A model generated the notes under the pieces. The model was not told where the DNA came from and ran no database searches. It saw only the letters and a list, made by a program, of their open reading frames with translations. 64,000 bases of DNA from Bacteroidaceae bacterium (lineage in GTDB: Bacteria > Bacteroidota > Bacteroidia > Bacteroidales > Bacteroidaceae), in contig JAFQBF010000010.1 of NCBI GenBank assembly GCA_017416735.1, forward strand, positions 888 through 64,887, written 5' to 3'. Positions within the stretch are counted from its first letter, which is position 1. Each line of letters begins with the position of its first letter. Below are positions 1 through 11,117 of the stretch, one piece after another. The position numbers and the translations under genes were made by a program.

Positions 1-1067
1 TCAAGCATCCCTCCCGCTGTCATGGCACCGCCAAAACACATCGCACAGATTATCAGCCATACGGTATTCAGCATCCCCGACATGCCCCGGGTAGCGATGA
101 GTTCATTGATTTGAGCATTTCCTGTATCCAGGCTGGTGCTTCCAAAAAGGATGCTCATGGCTCCCTTGACCATCGTCATCGTATGGCTCCCTGCATCACC
201 TGCAATCTCAGCCAGAAGTTCAGGCTGGAAGAATACGGCGAACACGGCAGCCAATGCCGTAGAGAGGAACAGGGTAATAAGCGAAGGTACTTTCTTGGCA
301 ATCATGACACCCGTGGCTATGGGAACCAGCATCAACCATCCTGAAATATGGAATTTCCCGTCCAGTGCCTGGGTAAATTCAGCAATGCTTCCTGTACTTG
401 AAGCTTCGTGCGAAAGCCCGGCAACGGTAAAGATGATTAAGGTGATAATCAACGATGGAATCGTGGTAAACAGCAAATATCGGATGTGCGAAAAGATAGG
501 GCTTCCCGTTACGGAAGCAGCCAAAACTGTAGTATCCGACAAAGGTGAAACCTTATCTCCAAAATAAGCCCCCGAGATGATGGCACCGGCAATCCATCCA
601 GGATCAAAACCTTGGGCTTCGCCGATACCCATCAGTGCGATACCGATGGTGGCGATGGTTGTCCACGAGCTTCCGGTCATCACGGAGACAATACAGCATA
701 TCAGACAGGTGGAAACCAGAAAGAAACTGGGATGAATAATCTGGATGCCATAATATATTAAGGTAGGCACTACCCCACTCACCATCCACGCCCCCGAAAG
801 AGCGCCTATAATCAGCAGGATTATCAGAGCCGTCCCGATGCCCGAGATATTGTTGGTGATGGCTTTTTCAAAGTGCTTCCACTTACGCTTGAATCCGGCC
901 ATACCAATCAACACACATACACCTGTTGCCGCCAACAGACACACTTGGCTTCCGCCTCCCAAGGCATCGCTTCCGAACAAATGGATGGTGACGCCTAACA
1001 TAGCCACCAGCACTGCAATGGGAAGCAAAGATAGCAGAGGGGAAGGTAAATTCTTGTCTTTCTTCAT
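1..1067 (-). CDS. nhaC: Na+/H+ antiporter NhaC family protein (3' end outside window)
   Basis: Hand translation from ATG 1067: MKKDKNLPSPLLSLLPIAVLV...GSSWTTIATIGIALMGIG...AGAIISGAYFGDKVSPLSDTT, which are NhaC-family motifs; runs off the window edge. Confidence 0.88.
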   Translation of the reverse strand, partial: MKKDKNLPSPLLSLLPIAVLVAMLGVTIHLFGSDALGGGSQVCLLAATGVCVLIGMAGFKRKWKHFEKAITNNISGIGTALIILLIIGALSGAWMVSGVVPTLIYYGIQIIHPSFFLVSTCLICCIVSVMTGSSWTTIATIGIALMGIGEAQGFDPGWIAGAIISGAYFGDKVSPLSDTTVLAASVTGSPIFSHIRYLLFTTIPSLIITLIIFTVAGLSHEASSTGSIAEFTQALDGKFHISGWLMLVPIATGVMIAKKVPSLITLFLSTALAAVFAVFFQPELLAEIAGDAGSHTMTMVKGAMSILFGSTSLDTGNAQINELIATRGMSGMLNTVWLIICAMCFGGAMTAGGML

Positions 1068-1230
1068 TTTCTCTTTATGTAATTGGGATAAACATTTTAT
1101 ATCGGGGCGCAAATTTCGTTATATTTTCTGAAACAAGAAAGATAATCCATCTAAAAAAGCGATGAAAAGGCTAAAAAATCAGCGAAAAGATAGTGTGCAA
1201 TTCATCTGATATTTGTAATTTTGCGTGATT

Positions 1231-4200
1231 ATGGTTTTAAGCAGACGTCTGAAATACATTGTCCGCATACTGGTATGGAGTTTCATTGGAATCCATATTG
1301 GTTTGATTGTGCTTCTGAACATTCCTTCGGTTCAGGGCAAGTTAGCTACATTGGTATCAACCGAATTAGGCCGCTTGCTGCATACGGAAGTTGCCGTTGG
1401 CCGCATTGAATTAGGACTTCTCAATCGTATTCATATAACAGATGTTCGTTTGGATGACCAGCAAGGAGAAGAAATGCTGAATGTCAACCGCCTTTCTGCC
1501 CGTTTTGAATGGAGACCCTTGCTTGAAGGAAAGATTGTCATCAACAGTGTCCAGCTCATCGGTTTTGATATCCGGCTACAGAAAGACACACCCGAATCCG
1601 TCCCCAATTTCCAGTTTGTACTCGATGCACTTGCTTCCAAGGATACATTGAAGCAAGCCCCGAAGATTGACCTCCGAATCAATTCGGTGTTGATAAACCG
1701 TGGCCAACTGACCTACGATGTTCTTTCCGAGCCCCAAACAGCCGAAAAGTTTAATGCTTCCCATATTGGTATCCAAAACCTTTCGGCTTCCATTTCACTG
1801 AAGGCATTACGCAACGACTCCCTGAACGCTATAGTTCGTCGATTGTCTTTCGAGGAACAGTCAGGGTTCCGTCTGGAGAAGTTGGGAATGAAACTGATAG
1901 CAGACAATAATCACCTGAATGTAAACGGCTTTAACATAAACCTTCCAAGTTCTTCTTTAACTTTGGATAGTGTAGAAGTACGATACGATAGCTTGCAGAA
2001 TCTTCCGAAAATGACGGATGATGTTGTCTTTAAAGGACAATTGAACGGTCGTTTTGTGTTGAGCGATGTAGCTCCCATTCTTCCGGTATTGAAAGAGATG
2101 AATGAACCGCTTAACTTGTCGGCAGAGTTCAAGGGAGAAGGAAAGAATGTAGAAATTCCGTCATTGTCTTTGTCGGACAGGAGATACCTTACTATTAAAG
2201 GTAAAGCTTCGGTACAGAATTGGGCTGCCAAACAAAACATGTACCTCCAGGCCAACCTGACAAATCTTTCAGTCACAAAATCCGGCATCGGATACTTTAT
2301 GAACAATCTAACCGGATCAGTCCCCCCTATTCTCCAACGTCTGGAGTTTGTTCAATTCCGTGGTACTGCCGATGGTTATTTGCGTGATTTGTTGGTAAAT
2401 GGTTCTCTCCAAACAGGAGCCGGTTCTTTACGCGCAGATATGTTGATTAATACCGATGAAAACCTCAATCGCACCTATACGGGTGAATTGGTAAGCGACA
2501 ATCTGCACTTGGGAACACTCTTGGGAGATAACAAGTTCGGTCAAACAAATTTCAACATTGAGTTGGAAGGCTTCAACTATCAAAACAAATATCCGGAATC
2601 AAACATTAAGGGTGTGATTTCATCGCTCGAGTATAGCGGCTATCGTTACGAAAACATCACGATGGACGGTTTGTACAAAGATGGTGGATTTAATGGGCAT
2701 CTGGCCTTGGATGATGAAAATGGAGCCATCCAGATTGACGGTTCTTTCAATACATCTCGCAGGGTATCAGACTTCAACCTCCAGGCCTCGGTTAAAAACC
2801 TACGACCTAACGAACTGAATATTTCCGATAAATATGTAGATTCTGACATCTCCTTGTTGTTAACGGCCAATTTTACCGGAAGTTCCATCAACGATATGAA
2901 TGGCAGTATCCGACTGGATAGTTTGGTGATGAATGCTCCCGAAGACCAAGGATATGTATTGGATAATCTGACCATTTTGGCTGGTCAAGTAGGCAGTGAG
3001 AAAGAAGTCCGAATCCAATCCCCGTTCTTGACAGCTACCGTTCGTGGTGACTACTCCTATCAGACCATACCTGCCAGCGTTGTTCAAATCGCTCAACGAC
3101 ACATACCTTCACTGGTTACATTAAAGAAAAAGTACCGCCAATCCTTGAACAATAATTTCAAGTTCGACATTCAGCTACACGATGCGGAACTTTTCAATAA
3201 GATGTTTTTTATACCGGTTGAGATGCATTTCCCCGCATCTTTGAAAGGATACGTCAGCGACCTCAATGGACAGCTACGTATAGAAGGTTCTTTCCCTGGA
3301 CTCACATACAACGGAACACGTTACGAATCAGCTACTTTGCTTTTCGAGAATCCGGGTGACCATATCAAATGTCAGATACGCGGTGGAATGTTGATGAATA
3401 GTGGAGCCATGCTTAATCTGTCATTGGATACCGAGGCACAAGAAGACCGTCTGAGAACCGTATTGAATTGGGGAAACAATACCGACGTGACATACGGCGG
3501 GCAAGTATCTGCCGTCACCCACTTCTACAAGACAGAAGGTCCTAAACCCATCCTGCAAGCTGATGTCGAGATTCTTCCCACTACCGTAGTACTCAATGAT
3601 ACGGTTTGGAATATCCGTTCATCTCACGTAGCAGTCGATTCAGGTCGTGTATATGTAGATAACTTCCTGTTCGAACGTCCGGGTCAGCATCTTCGCATCG
3701 ACGGAAAGATAACCCAAGAACCTACAGACTCCTGCATCATCGATTTGAAGAACATTGACGTGCAATACGTATTGGATATTGTACAATTCGACGACATTGA
3801 GTTTGGAGGTCTGGCTACCGGTAAAGTACATTTAAAGAACATCCTCGATGTACCCGATATGCGTACTCATCTTAAAGTACATAATTTTGCTGTCAATAAG
3901 GGTTTGATGGGCGAGGCTGATATCCGAGGTGCATGGGACAACGAATTACCCGGCATCCGCTTAGAGGCACAGATGGAAGAAAAGAATCTTTCATCAACCC
4001 ACGTTACGGGGTTTGTATCTCCCCAATTAAAGGCATTGGATCTTCACATAAATGCCGACAGTACCAATTTGGATCTGCTTGTCCCCTATTTCGATGGTAT
4101 TTTCAGTGAGTTGGACGCCCGTGCTACAGGCTTTGTCCGTTTGCACGGTGGTTTCAAGACACTCGATTTTGATGGAGGGGTCAAGGTGAACTTAGATGCC

Positions 4201-5682
4201 AAGGTTGATGCATTGAACACTTACATCCAGTTACACAATGACTCCGTACACCTTCGCCCCGGAGAATTTGCATTGCACAATGCCCGTATCTTCGACCGCG
4301 AAGGCAATTCCGGTCGAATAACAGGTGCCTTGCGTCACACCCATTTGAAGAACCTGAATTATCAGTTCGACATCCAGAGCAACAACCTGCTGCTGTATCA
4401 TACAACCGATCCTGGCGACATGCTGTTTTATGGTAAAGTCTATGGTACCGGTACCCTTTCTTTGGATGGTGGAAACAATGCCATGAATGTAGATGCCAAT
4501 CTGACCACAGGTCCGAAGACCACCTTTACATACGTCACCGGATTGACCACCGAAGCTACCAGCAACCAATTCATTACCTTTGTCGATAAGACTCCCAAGC
4601 GTGTTCAGGATGATATCAAGACAGAGTTCTATCATTTCAGTGATGCATCCCAGAAAGAGGAAGACGATGGTCCTCCGATGGATCTCCGTATCCAGATGAA
4701 CATCGACGCCACTCCCGATGCCAATATGAAGGTAGTGATGGACCCCGTTGCAGGAGACAACATCACAGCCCGAGGCAATGGCAACTTCCAGGTATCCTAT
4801 TACAATAAGGGTGATTTCCGTATGTTCGGTAACTATACGATAGACAGCGGTATGTACAAGCTCAGTATGCAAGAAATTATCCGCAAGGATTTCTCTCTCC
4901 AGTCAGGCAGTACTGTTACCTTCACAGGCGACCCCTATCAGGCCAATCTGGATGTACAAGCTGTCTATACGGTCAATTCCGTTTCTTTGAGCGATCTCTC
5001 CACAGACGCCTCCTTGAACCAAAGTACGGTCAAGGTAAATTGTTTGATGAATCTTACCGGTAGCTTGGCCAGTCCAACCATCAAGTTCGATTTGGATCTT
5101 CCGACCATCAGTGAAGAAGACCGCGAATTGGTACGTAGTGCAACCAGCACCGAAGAACAGATGAATACCCAGATTATCTATTTGTTGGGTATCGGAAAGT
5201 TCTATGCATACGATTATAATGAAAACACCAACCAATCATCCAGTGCCACCAGTTCCTTGGCATTCAGTACCCTTTCCGGTCAGCTGAACAATATGCTCTC
5301 ACAGGTGATGGAGAACAAGAACTGGAACATTGGTGCCAATTTCAGCACCGGACAAGAAGGTTGGAGTGATGTCGAGGCCGAAGCCATCCTCTCCGGTCGT
5401 CTGCTCAACAACCGCTTGCTTATCAACGGTAACTTTGGTTATCGTGAAAATGTAATGGCCAACACCAATTTCGTGGGTGACTTCGAAGCAGTCTGGCTTC
5501 TGACCAAGAATGGAGAGTTCCGCTTGCGTGGTTACAACCAGACCAACGACCGTTATTTCACCAAATCCACCCTGACCACACAAGGCATCGGTTTCATTTA
5601 CAAAAAGGATTTCAACAGATGGCACGACCTTTTCTTGTGGCTGCTTCGCAAACAGAACGATAAAAAGGAGAAGGAAAAATAA
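1231..5682 (+). CDS. Translocation/assembly module TamB (AsmA-like, DUF490) protein
   Basis: ~1480 aa, N-terminal membrane anchor, beta-rich body, C-terminal TamB-like region (FTGDPYQANLDVQAVY...RLLNNRLLINGNFGYR...TTQGIGFIYKKDF); start approximate. Confidence 0.85.
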   Translation: MVLSRRLKYIVRILVWSFIGIHIGLIVLLNIPSVQGKLATLVSTELGRLLHTEVAVGRIELGLLNRIHITDVRLDDQQGEEMLNVNRLSARFEWRPLLEGKIVINSVQLIGFDIRLQKDTPESVPNFQFVLDALASKDTLKQAPKIDLRINSVLINRGQLTYDVLSEPQTAEKFNASHIGIQNLSASISLKALRNDSLNAIVRRLSFEEQSGFRLEKLGMKLIADNNHLNVNGFNINLPSSSLTLDSVEVRYDSLQNLPKMTDDVVFKGQLNGRFVLSDVAPILPVLKEMNEPLNLSAEFKGEGKNVEIPSLSLSDRRYLTIKGKASVQNWAAKQNMYLQANLTNLSVTKSGIGYFMNNLTGSVPPILQRLEFVQFRGTADGYLRDLLVNGSLQTGAGSLRADMLINTDENLNRTYTGELVSDNLHLGTLLGDNKFGQTNFNIELEGFNYQNKYPESNIKGVISSLEYSGYRYENITMDGLYKDGGFNGHLALDDENGAIQIDGSFNTSRRVSDFNLQASVKNLRPNELNISDKYVDSDISLLLTANFTGSSINDMNGSIRLDSLVMNAPEDQGYVLDNLTILAGQVGSEKEVRIQSPFLTATVRGDYSYQTIPASVVQIAQRHIPSLVTLKKKYRQSLNNNFKFDIQLHDAELFNKMFFIPVEMHFPASLKGYVSDLNGQLRIEGSFPGLTYNGTRYESATLLFENPGDHIKCQIRGGMLMNSGAMLNLSLDTEAQEDRLRTVLNWGNNTDVTYGGQVSAVTHFYKTEGPKPILQADVEILPTTVVLNDTVWNIRSSHVAVDSGRVYVDNFLFERPGQHLRIDGKITQEPTDSCIIDLKNIDVQYVLDIVQFDDIEFGGLATGKVHLKNILDVPDMRTHLKVHNFAVNKGLMGEADIRGAWDNELPGIRLEAQMEEKNLSSTHVTGFVSPQLKALDLHINADSTNLDLLVPYFDGIFSELDARATGFVRLHGGFKTLDFDGGVKVNLDAKVDALNTYIQLHNDSVHLRPGEFALHNARIFDREGNSGRITGALRHTHLKNLNYQFDIQSNNLLLYHTTDPGDMLFYGKVYGTGTLSLDGGNNAMNVDANLTTGPKTTFTYVTGLTTEATSNQFITFVDKTPKRVQDDIKTEFYHFSDASQKEEDDGPPMDLRIQMNIDATPDANMKVVMDPVAGDNITARGNGNFQVSYYNKGDFRMFGNYTIDSGMYKLSMQEIIRKDFSLQSGSTVTFTGDPYQANLDVQAVYTVNSVSLSDLSTDASLNQSTVKVNCLMNLTGSLASPTIKFDLDLPTISEEDRELVRSATSTEEQMNTQIIYLLGIGKFYAYDYNENTNQSSSATSSLAFSTLSGQLNNMLSQVMENKNWNIGANFSTGQEGWSDVEAEAILSGRLLNNRLLINGNFGYRENVMANTNFVGDFEAVWLLTKNGEFRLRGYNQTNDRYFTKSTLTTQGIGFIYKKDFNRWHDLFLWLLRKQNDKKEKEK

Positions 5683-5775
5683 ATAAAACGAAATTCCCGG
5701 AACAACTACCCCCCGAAATCCGTTTAGGAGTCTGATTCGAAACAAAATATCAAACCACTAAACAGTTTTTGGATT

Positions 5776-6363
5776 ATGAAAAAGGTATTATTTCTCACGA
5801 CACTGTTGTTACTCGTTACAGTAACGACTTTCGCTCAAACCCGAAAAGAAGCACGTGAAGCCCGACGTGAAGCGTTGAAAAAAGAACGTGCAGCGCGCAG
5901 AGCCTTGGAAGCTCAGCAAGACTCCATAGCCTATATGAAGGCTGTAGAGGCATTGAATGAGGGTGATTTTGTATTGGAAGCCAACAATGTTTCCTTCCCC
6001 AACGGCATCACCCGTTTTGTATCCAGCAATACCAACTATGTTCAGGTGAAAGATGGTAAAGGCATTGTACAGACCGCATTTACCAATTTTTCATACGCTC
6101 CTACTCCCAATGGTATTGGCGGTGTCACAGTCGAGGGCGACATCAGTGGAATGAAGATTAAGCAGGACAAGGATGGCAACTATTACTGCAATTATATGAT
6201 TCAGGGTATTGCCATTTCTGCAACGATCAGCATTACATTGACGGGAGGCACTAACCAGGCAAGCGTTACGATTAGTCCGAATTTCAATAACAACACCATG
6301 ACGATGTTGGGGGTTTTAGTCCCTACATCCGAGAGTGACGTGTTCCAGGGTACTACTTGGTAA
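5776..6363 (+). CDS. DUF4251 domain-containing exported protein
   Basis: Signal peptide, K/R/E-rich coil, then FVLEAN...VSSNTNYV...NGIGGVTVEG as in Bacteroidetes DUF4251. Confidence 0.75.
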   Translation: MKKVLFLTTLLLLVTVTTFAQTRKEAREARREALKKERAARRALEAQQDSIAYMKAVEALNEGDFVLEANNVSFPNGITRFVSSNTNYVQVKDGKGIVQTAFTNFSYAPTPNGIGGVTVEGDISGMKIKQDKDGNYYCNYMIQGIAISATISITLTGGTNQASVTISPNFNNNTMTMLGVLVPTSESDVFQGTTW

Positions 6364-6367
6364 TAAT

Positions 6368-6394
6368 AAAAAAGGAGGCAATTGCCTCCTTTTT
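6368..6394. terminator. Bidirectional intrinsic terminator
   Basis: AAAAAGGAGGC-AATT-GCCTCCTTTTT between convergent genes. Confidence 0.85.
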
Positions 6395-6395
6395 C

Positions 6396-8156
6396 TTATT
6401 CTTCCTTCAAGTCCAATGCAAGCTGAAGCTCATCCAACTGCTTCTGGTCAAGTGCAGCCGGAGCATCCAACATCACGTCACGTCCGCTGTTGTTCTTCGG
6501 GAATGCGATACAGTCACGGATACTGTCCAAACCAGCGAAGAGCGATACCCAACGGTCTAGACCGTATGCCAAGCCACCGTGAGGAGGTGCACCATACTTG
6601 AACGCATTCATCAGGAAGCCGAACTGTTCCTGAGCCTTTTCCGGTGTGAAGCCCAATATTTCGAACATCTTGGCCTGCAACTGTGCATCGTGGATACGGA
6701 TAGAGCCCCCTCCCACTTCAACACCATTGATAACCATATCGTATGCATCTGCACGTACCGCTGCAGGGTCAGTATCCAACAAAGGAATATCCTCATCCTT
6801 CGGGTGAGTGAACGGATGGTGCATGGCCATCAGTCTGCCTTCCTCTTCGCTCCATTCAAACATCGGGAAATCTACCACCCACAGACAAGCGAACTGGTTC
6901 TTGTCACGCAAGCCCAACTGACGGCCCATTTCCAGACGCAACTCACAAAGCTGCTTACGGGTCTTCATGGCATCATCACCGCTCAGAATCAAGATCAAGT
7001 CACCCGGCTTGGCACCGAATGCTTCCTTCATCTGCTGCAACACTTCCTGGCTGTAGAACTTGTCCACGCTCGACTTCACGTTACCGTCAGCTTCCACACG
7101 GGCATATACCATACCCTTGGCACCAATCTGCGGACGCTTCACATAGTCAGTCAGCTGGTCCAACTGCTTGCGGGTATAAGTGGCTGCACCTTCTGCACAG
7201 ATACCGCCCACATAAGCCGCATTGTCGAATACCGGGAAACCATGACCCTTCATGATGTCCATCAGTTCCACGAACTTCATGCCGAAACGGATATCCGGCT
7301 TGTCGCTACCGTAATACTTCATGGCATCTGCCCACGGCATACGGATAAACGGTTCAGTCAACTCTACCCCACGAACTTCCTTGAACAAGTGCTTCGCCAT
7401 GCCTTCAAACAAGCTGATGACATCTTCCTGTTCCACGAAACTCATTTCACAGTCTATCTGAGTAAATTCCGGCTGACGGTCCGCACGCAAGTCTTCATCA
7501 CGGAAACACTTCACAATCTGGAAGTAACGGTCCATACCCGACACCATCAACAGCTGCTTCAATGTCTGTGGAGACTGAGGCAAAGCATAGAACTGACCCG
7601 GGTTCATGCGCGAAGGCACCACAAAGTCACGTGCACCTTCCGGAGTCGAACCTACCAACATCGGAGTTTCGATTTCCAAGAATCCCTGGCTGTCCAAGTA
7701 ACGGCGCACTTCCATGGTCATCTGATGGCGCAACTCCAGATTCTTGCGTACCGGTGTACGGCGCAAGTCCAAGTAACGGTACTTCATACGGATATCATCA
7801 CCGCCGTCACTGTTGTCCTCGATGGTGAACGGAGGAGTCAAGGCACTGTTCAGCACATTCATGGCCGAAACGATGATTTCCACTTCCCCTGTCGGGATAT
7901 TCATATTCTTGTTCGAACGTTCGTTCACCTCACCGGTTACCTGAATCACGAACTCACGTCCCAGGTGATTGGCCTGTTCGCAAAGTTCCGCATTCACTTC
8001 GGTATTGAAAACCAACTGAGTGATACCATAACGGTCACGGAGATCCACGAAGGTCATCCCACCCATCTTACGTGCACGCTGCACCCATCCGGCCAGCGTC
8101 ACTGTTTTTCCTGCATCGGCCAGTCTCAGCTCGCCGCAAGTATGACTTCTGAACAT
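6396..8156 (-). CDS. aspS: Aspartate--tRNA ligase
   Basis: [11 protein letters not shown] start, [40 protein letters not shown] motifs; true start at 8156. Confidence 0.98.
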   Translation of the reverse strand: MFRSHTCGELRLADAGKTVTLAGWVQRARKMGGMTFVDLRDRYGITQLVFNTEVNAELCEQANHLGREFVIQVTGEVNERSNKNMNIPTGEVEIIVSAMNVLNSALTPPFTIEDNSDGGDDIRMKYRYLDLRRTPVRKNLELRHQMTMEVRRYLDSQGFLEIETPMLVGSTPEGARDFVVPSRMNPGQFYALPQSPQTLKQLLMVSGMDRYFQIVKCFRDEDLRADRQPEFTQIDCEMSFVEQEDVISLFEGMAKHLFKEVRGVELTEPFIRMPWADAMKYYGSDKPDIRFGMKFVELMDIMKGHGFPVFDNAAYVGGICAEGAATYTRKQLDQLTDYVKRPQIGAKGMVYARVEADGNVKSSVDKFYSQEVLQQMKEAFGAKPGDLILILSGDDAMKTRKQLCELRLEMGRQLGLRDKNQFACLWVVDFPMFEWSEEEGRLMAMHHPFTHPKDEDIPLLDTDPAAVRADAYDMVINGVEVGGGSIRIHDAQLQAKMFEILGFTPEKAQEQFGFLMNAFKYGAPPHGGLAYGLDRWVSLFAGLDSIRDCIAFPKNNSGRDVMLDAPAALDQKQLDELQLALDLKEE

Positions 8157-8198
8157 AATTTTCCTTTTTAATTGTTTATTGGCGCAAAGATAGTAAAA

Positions 8199-8234
8199 AA
8201 AATGGTTGCATCCACCTTCGGATGCAACCATTTT
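8199..8234 (-). terminator. Terminator at end of polysaccharide operon
   Basis: AAAATGGTTGCATCC/GGATGCAACCATTTT stem just after upxZ; aspS promoter TATCTTTG at 8185-8192 (-). Confidence 0.75.
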
Positions 8235-8275
8235 ACATGAACAAACTCTATAATTACTGTTTAGTGTCATTTGGC

Positions 8276-8737
8276 CTACACAGCCGCATAACTTTCCTCT
8301 ATACTCAGCAAAAGCACCTCCGTGGCACTCACAGCCACTTCATTTCCTGCCAGTTTCTGTTCCTCAATCAGTTGGTGAGCCATCGCTGCCAGCTCCTCGT
8401 CGAAACATTCCCCGTAGCACAGCACGGCCAACTTACATTTCAGCAGCGGGTCCTGTATTCCTTTCAGTACCCGGTTGGCCCTTTCCATCGCCACGGCAAT
8501 GTTCTTCCGCTTCCTTACCGCTACGGTATATCCCATCAATACCGCCAGCAGGATTTCCCCTTCCTCATCGGGGGTAGCCCCCTCCTGCTTCAATAGTTCT
8601 TCGGCACAAGTGGCCAAGTGCATCTGCACTTCTTTCCATTCCTCGATGTCAGTATAAGGATTCCCCCCCTCTTCGCAGAGGAATTTTCCGGCCAGTTGTT
8701 GTATTTCTTTTGCTTGTTGGTAGATAGAGTTTGTCAT
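8276..8737 (-). CDS. upxZ: UpxZ family antitermination antagonist
   Basis: [18 protein letters not shown] and [27 protein letters not shown] match the UpxZ pattern (TPEEEA.LCLALLMGY; LLKCQLL..CYGEVFDEEL..EAH.II). Confidence 0.85.
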   Translation of the reverse strand: MTNSIYQQAKEIQQLAGKFLCEEGGNPYTDIEEWKEVQMHLATCAEELLKQEGATPDEEGEILLAVLMGYTVAVRKRKNIAVAMERANRVLKGIQDPLLKCKLAVLCYGECFDEELAAMAHQLIEEQKLAGNEVAVSATEVLLLSIEESYAAV

Positions 8738-8756
8738 TCTTCTTTTCACCTTAAAA

Positions 8757-9890
8757 TTATCTGTTGCTATACATGTTCTCGTAATACTTCTGGTAGTCCC
8801 CGCTGGTCACGTTGTCCATCCATTCCTGGTTGTCCAAGTACCAACGTACGGTCTTTTCAATACCTTCTTCGAACTGGAGCGACGGTTCCCAGCCTAATTC
8901 ACGCTGCAGCTTGGTACTGTCTATCGCATAACGAAGGTCGTGTCCGGCACGGTCGGTCACATACGTAATCAAGTCCAATGAAGAACCTTCCGGATTGCCT
9001 AAGATTCTATCTACCGTCTTGATCATCACCTTGATGAGGTCAATGTTCTTCCATTCATTGAAGCCACCGATGTTGTACGTATCCGCAATCTTACCTTCGT
9101 GGAAAATCACATCGATGGCCCGTGCATGGTCTTCCACATACAACCAGTCGCGCACGTTTTCCCCCTTGCCATACACCGGCAACGGCTTACGGTGACGAAT
9201 GTTGTTGATGAAGAGCGGAATCAACTTTTCCGGGAACTGGTACGGACCATAGTTGTTGCTGCAGTTGGTCACGATGGTCGGCATACCGTACGTGTCGTGG
9301 TAAGCACGTACAAAGTGGTCCGAGCTGGCTTTGGCAGCCGAATAAGGCGAGTGAGGATTATACTTCGTATCTTCATAGAAGAAATCCTTGCCGTAAGCCA
9401 AATGGTGTTCGCTGGACGAAGCCGTAGTTGTGAACGGAGGCTCGATACCTTCCGGATGAGTCAGTTCCAGTGCCCCATATACCTCATCTGTCGAGATGTG
9501 GTAGAAACGCTTTCCCTCATACTTTTCCGGCAACGATTCCCAGTACAGCTTGGCAGCCTGCAGCAAGGCCAATGTACCCATCACATTCGTCTGTGCAAAA
9601 GTGAAGGGATCCTTGATACTGCGGTCCACATGGCTTTCTGCTGCTAAGTGAATGATGCCATCCACCTTCTCGTCCTGCATCAGCTGATAAAACGCCTCGA
9701 AATCACAAATATCCATTTTCACGAACTTATAGTTCGGCTTGTCCTCAATATCCTTCAGGTTCGCCAGGTTCCCTGCGTAAGTCAACTTATCCAAACAGAT
9801 GATGTTATACTCCGGATACTTGTTCACAAACAGGCGCACCACATGGCTCCCGATAAATCCGGCTCCCCCGGTAATCACAATATTCTTCAT
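8757..9890 (-). CDS. rfbB: dTDP-glucose 4,6-dehydratase
   Basis: ITGGAGFIGSH, HLAAESHVDRSI, HISTDEVYG, NCSNNYGPYQFPEKLIP. Confidence 0.97.
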   Translation of the reverse strand: MKNIVITGGAGFIGSHVVRLFVNKYPEYNIICLDKLTYAGNLANLKDIEDKPNYKFVKMDICDFEAFYQLMQDEKVDGIIHLAAESHVDRSIKDPFTFAQTNVMGTLALLQAAKLYWESLPEKYEGKRFYHISTDEVYGALELTHPEGIEPPFTTTASSSEHHLAYGKDFFYEDTKYNPHSPYSAAKASSDHFVRAYHDTYGMPTIVTNCSNNYGPYQFPEKLIPLFINNIRHRKPLPVYGKGENVRDWLYVEDHARAIDVIFHEGKIADTYNIGGFNEWKNIDLIKVMIKTVDRILGNPEGSSLDLITYVTDRAGHDLRYAIDSTKLQRELGWEPSLQFEEGIEKTVRWYLDNQEWMDNVTSGDYQKYYENMYSNR

Positions 9891-9894
9891 AAAA

Positions 9895-9987
9895 AAATGA
9901 TTAAAATGATAAATGATAAATGAAAAATGATAAATAAATAGCCCAGCTGCATAGCAACTATCATCTATCAACTCTCAACTATCATTT
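9895..9987. repeat. Inverted pair of 7-bp periodic arrays (AATGATA)n / (CAACTAT/CATCTAT)n
   Basis: aatgataaatgataaatgaaaaatgataaat ... caactatcatctatcaactctcaactatcattt. Confidence 0.8.
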
Positions 9988-10555
9988 AATATAGTTTATC
10001 CTTAATATCAAAATCCAGCACCGCATCCCTCAGGAACGGATGCTTCAAGTCCTTCTCACTCAGTATTGCTTCCGCAGTCGGTATCCGCCAGTCTATACCT
10101 AACTCCTCATCGCGCAGCTGGATACCCGCATCCGCCTGTGGCGCATAGAAGTTATCACATTTATATTGGAAGATAGCCGTTTCGCTCAACACCACAAACC
10201 CATGTGCAAACCCACGTGGCACGAAGAACTGCCGGTGATTCTCCTCCGTTAGCTCCACCGCTACATGCTGTCCGAAGGTAGGCGAACCCTTCCGGATATC
10301 CACCGCCACATCCAGTACCGCACCCTTCACGCATCGCACCAACTTGCTTTGCGTGTAAGGCATCTTCTGGTAATGCAATCCTCGCATCACCCCGTAGGAA
10401 GACATACTCTCATTGTCCTGCACGAAGTTTATCGGCATCACCTTCTCATTAAATTCCTTTTGCGAGAACGATTCAAAGAAATACCCTCTCGCATCCTTAA
10501 ATATCCGAGGTTCAATAATCACCACCCCCTCTATCGCAGTCTTTATTACTTCCAT
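9986..10555 (-). CDS. rfbC: dTDP-4-dehydrorhamnose 3,5-epimerase
   Basis: DARGYFFESF, FVQDNES, RGLHYQ, DIRKGSPTFG, GFAHGF, YKCDNFY. Confidence 0.97.
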   Translation of the reverse strand: MEVIKTAIEGVVIIEPRIFKDARGYFFESFSQKEFNEKVMPINFVQDNESMSSYGVMRGLHYQKMPYTQSKLVRCVKGAVLDVAVDIRKGSPTFGQHVAVELTEENHRQFFVPRGFAHGFVVLSETAIFQYKCDNFYAPQADAGIQLRDEELGIDWRIPTAEAILSEKDLKHPFLRDAVLDFDIKDKLY

Positions 10556-10562
10556 AAAAAAG

Positions 10563-10838
10563 TTAGAATAAATCAGAATGAGTACCCGTACGTACTAATG
10601 TAATAATTTTGATGGTAACATCACGGCTGTAGATTAATAACCAGTCTGGTTGAATGTGACACTCTCGGAATCCTTTGTAATTTCCAGTTAAAGAATAATC
10701 TTTATTTTTCGGTGGTAGAATTTCGTCTGATATTAGTTTAATGATGATTTCATTCAGTTTACTTTCATCCAGACCTCTTTTCCTTGCGAGTTTCAGGTCT
10801 TTCAAGTATTGATGCGTTAGTTCCAATTCGTATTTCAT
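10563..10838 (-). CDS. yafQ: YafQ/RelE-family mRNA interferase toxin (first catalytic His replaced by Tyr)
   Basis: YLKDLKLARKRG, KDYSLTGNYKGFRECHIQPDWLLIY, RTGTHSDLF. Confidence 0.9.
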   Translation of the reverse strand: MKYELELTHQYLKDLKLARKRGLDESKLNEIIIKLISDEILPPKNKDYSLTGNYKGFRECHIQPDWLLIYSRDVTIKIITLVRTGTHSDLF

Positions 10839-11031
10839 TCCACTAATTTTAAATACTCTTCAAAACTACTGCATTTAATGGTATTACCATTTTTAGCTTC
10901 CTCCATGGCTTTTAGAGTTGTTTCATTGACATTCTCTCAGAGATAGAAACAACTCCTCGAAGCATCATGATTGCCCGCTTCAGTTCAGACAACAAACTCA
11001 CATCTTCTATATTTACTATTAATTGTGTCAT
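10835..11031 (-). pseudogene. Frameshifted RelB/DinJ-like antitoxin
   Basis: MTQLIVNIEDVSLLSELKRAIMMLRGVVSISE then a frameshift at GAGAGA to NVNETTLKAMEEAKNGNTIKCSSFEEYLKLVE*; 197 nt (not a multiple of 3); ATGA overlap with toxin start. Confidence 0.75.
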
Positions 11032-11086
11032 AATATATTCTCCTTTCTTACATAGAAACAAATAATTCTCCAAACTTCCTACAGAA

Positions 11087-11117
11087 AACTATCATTTATC
11101 ATTTCTCCACTATCATT
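11087..11117. repeat. 7-bp periodic array
   Basis: aactatcatttatcatttctccactatcatt; near-identical to 35901-35931. Confidence 0.75.

Noticed and set aside
6579-8171. 530-aa plus-strand ORF (and similar long ORFs at 4231-4872, 44494-45162, 61404-62042, 62448-63542)
   Set aside because: Antisense shadows of well-supported genes, with no recognisable motifs.
9380-9470. Extra loop (LELTHPEGIEPPFTTTASS...) in RfbB
   Set aside because: In frame, no intein motifs, and from recall common in Bacteroidales RfbB.
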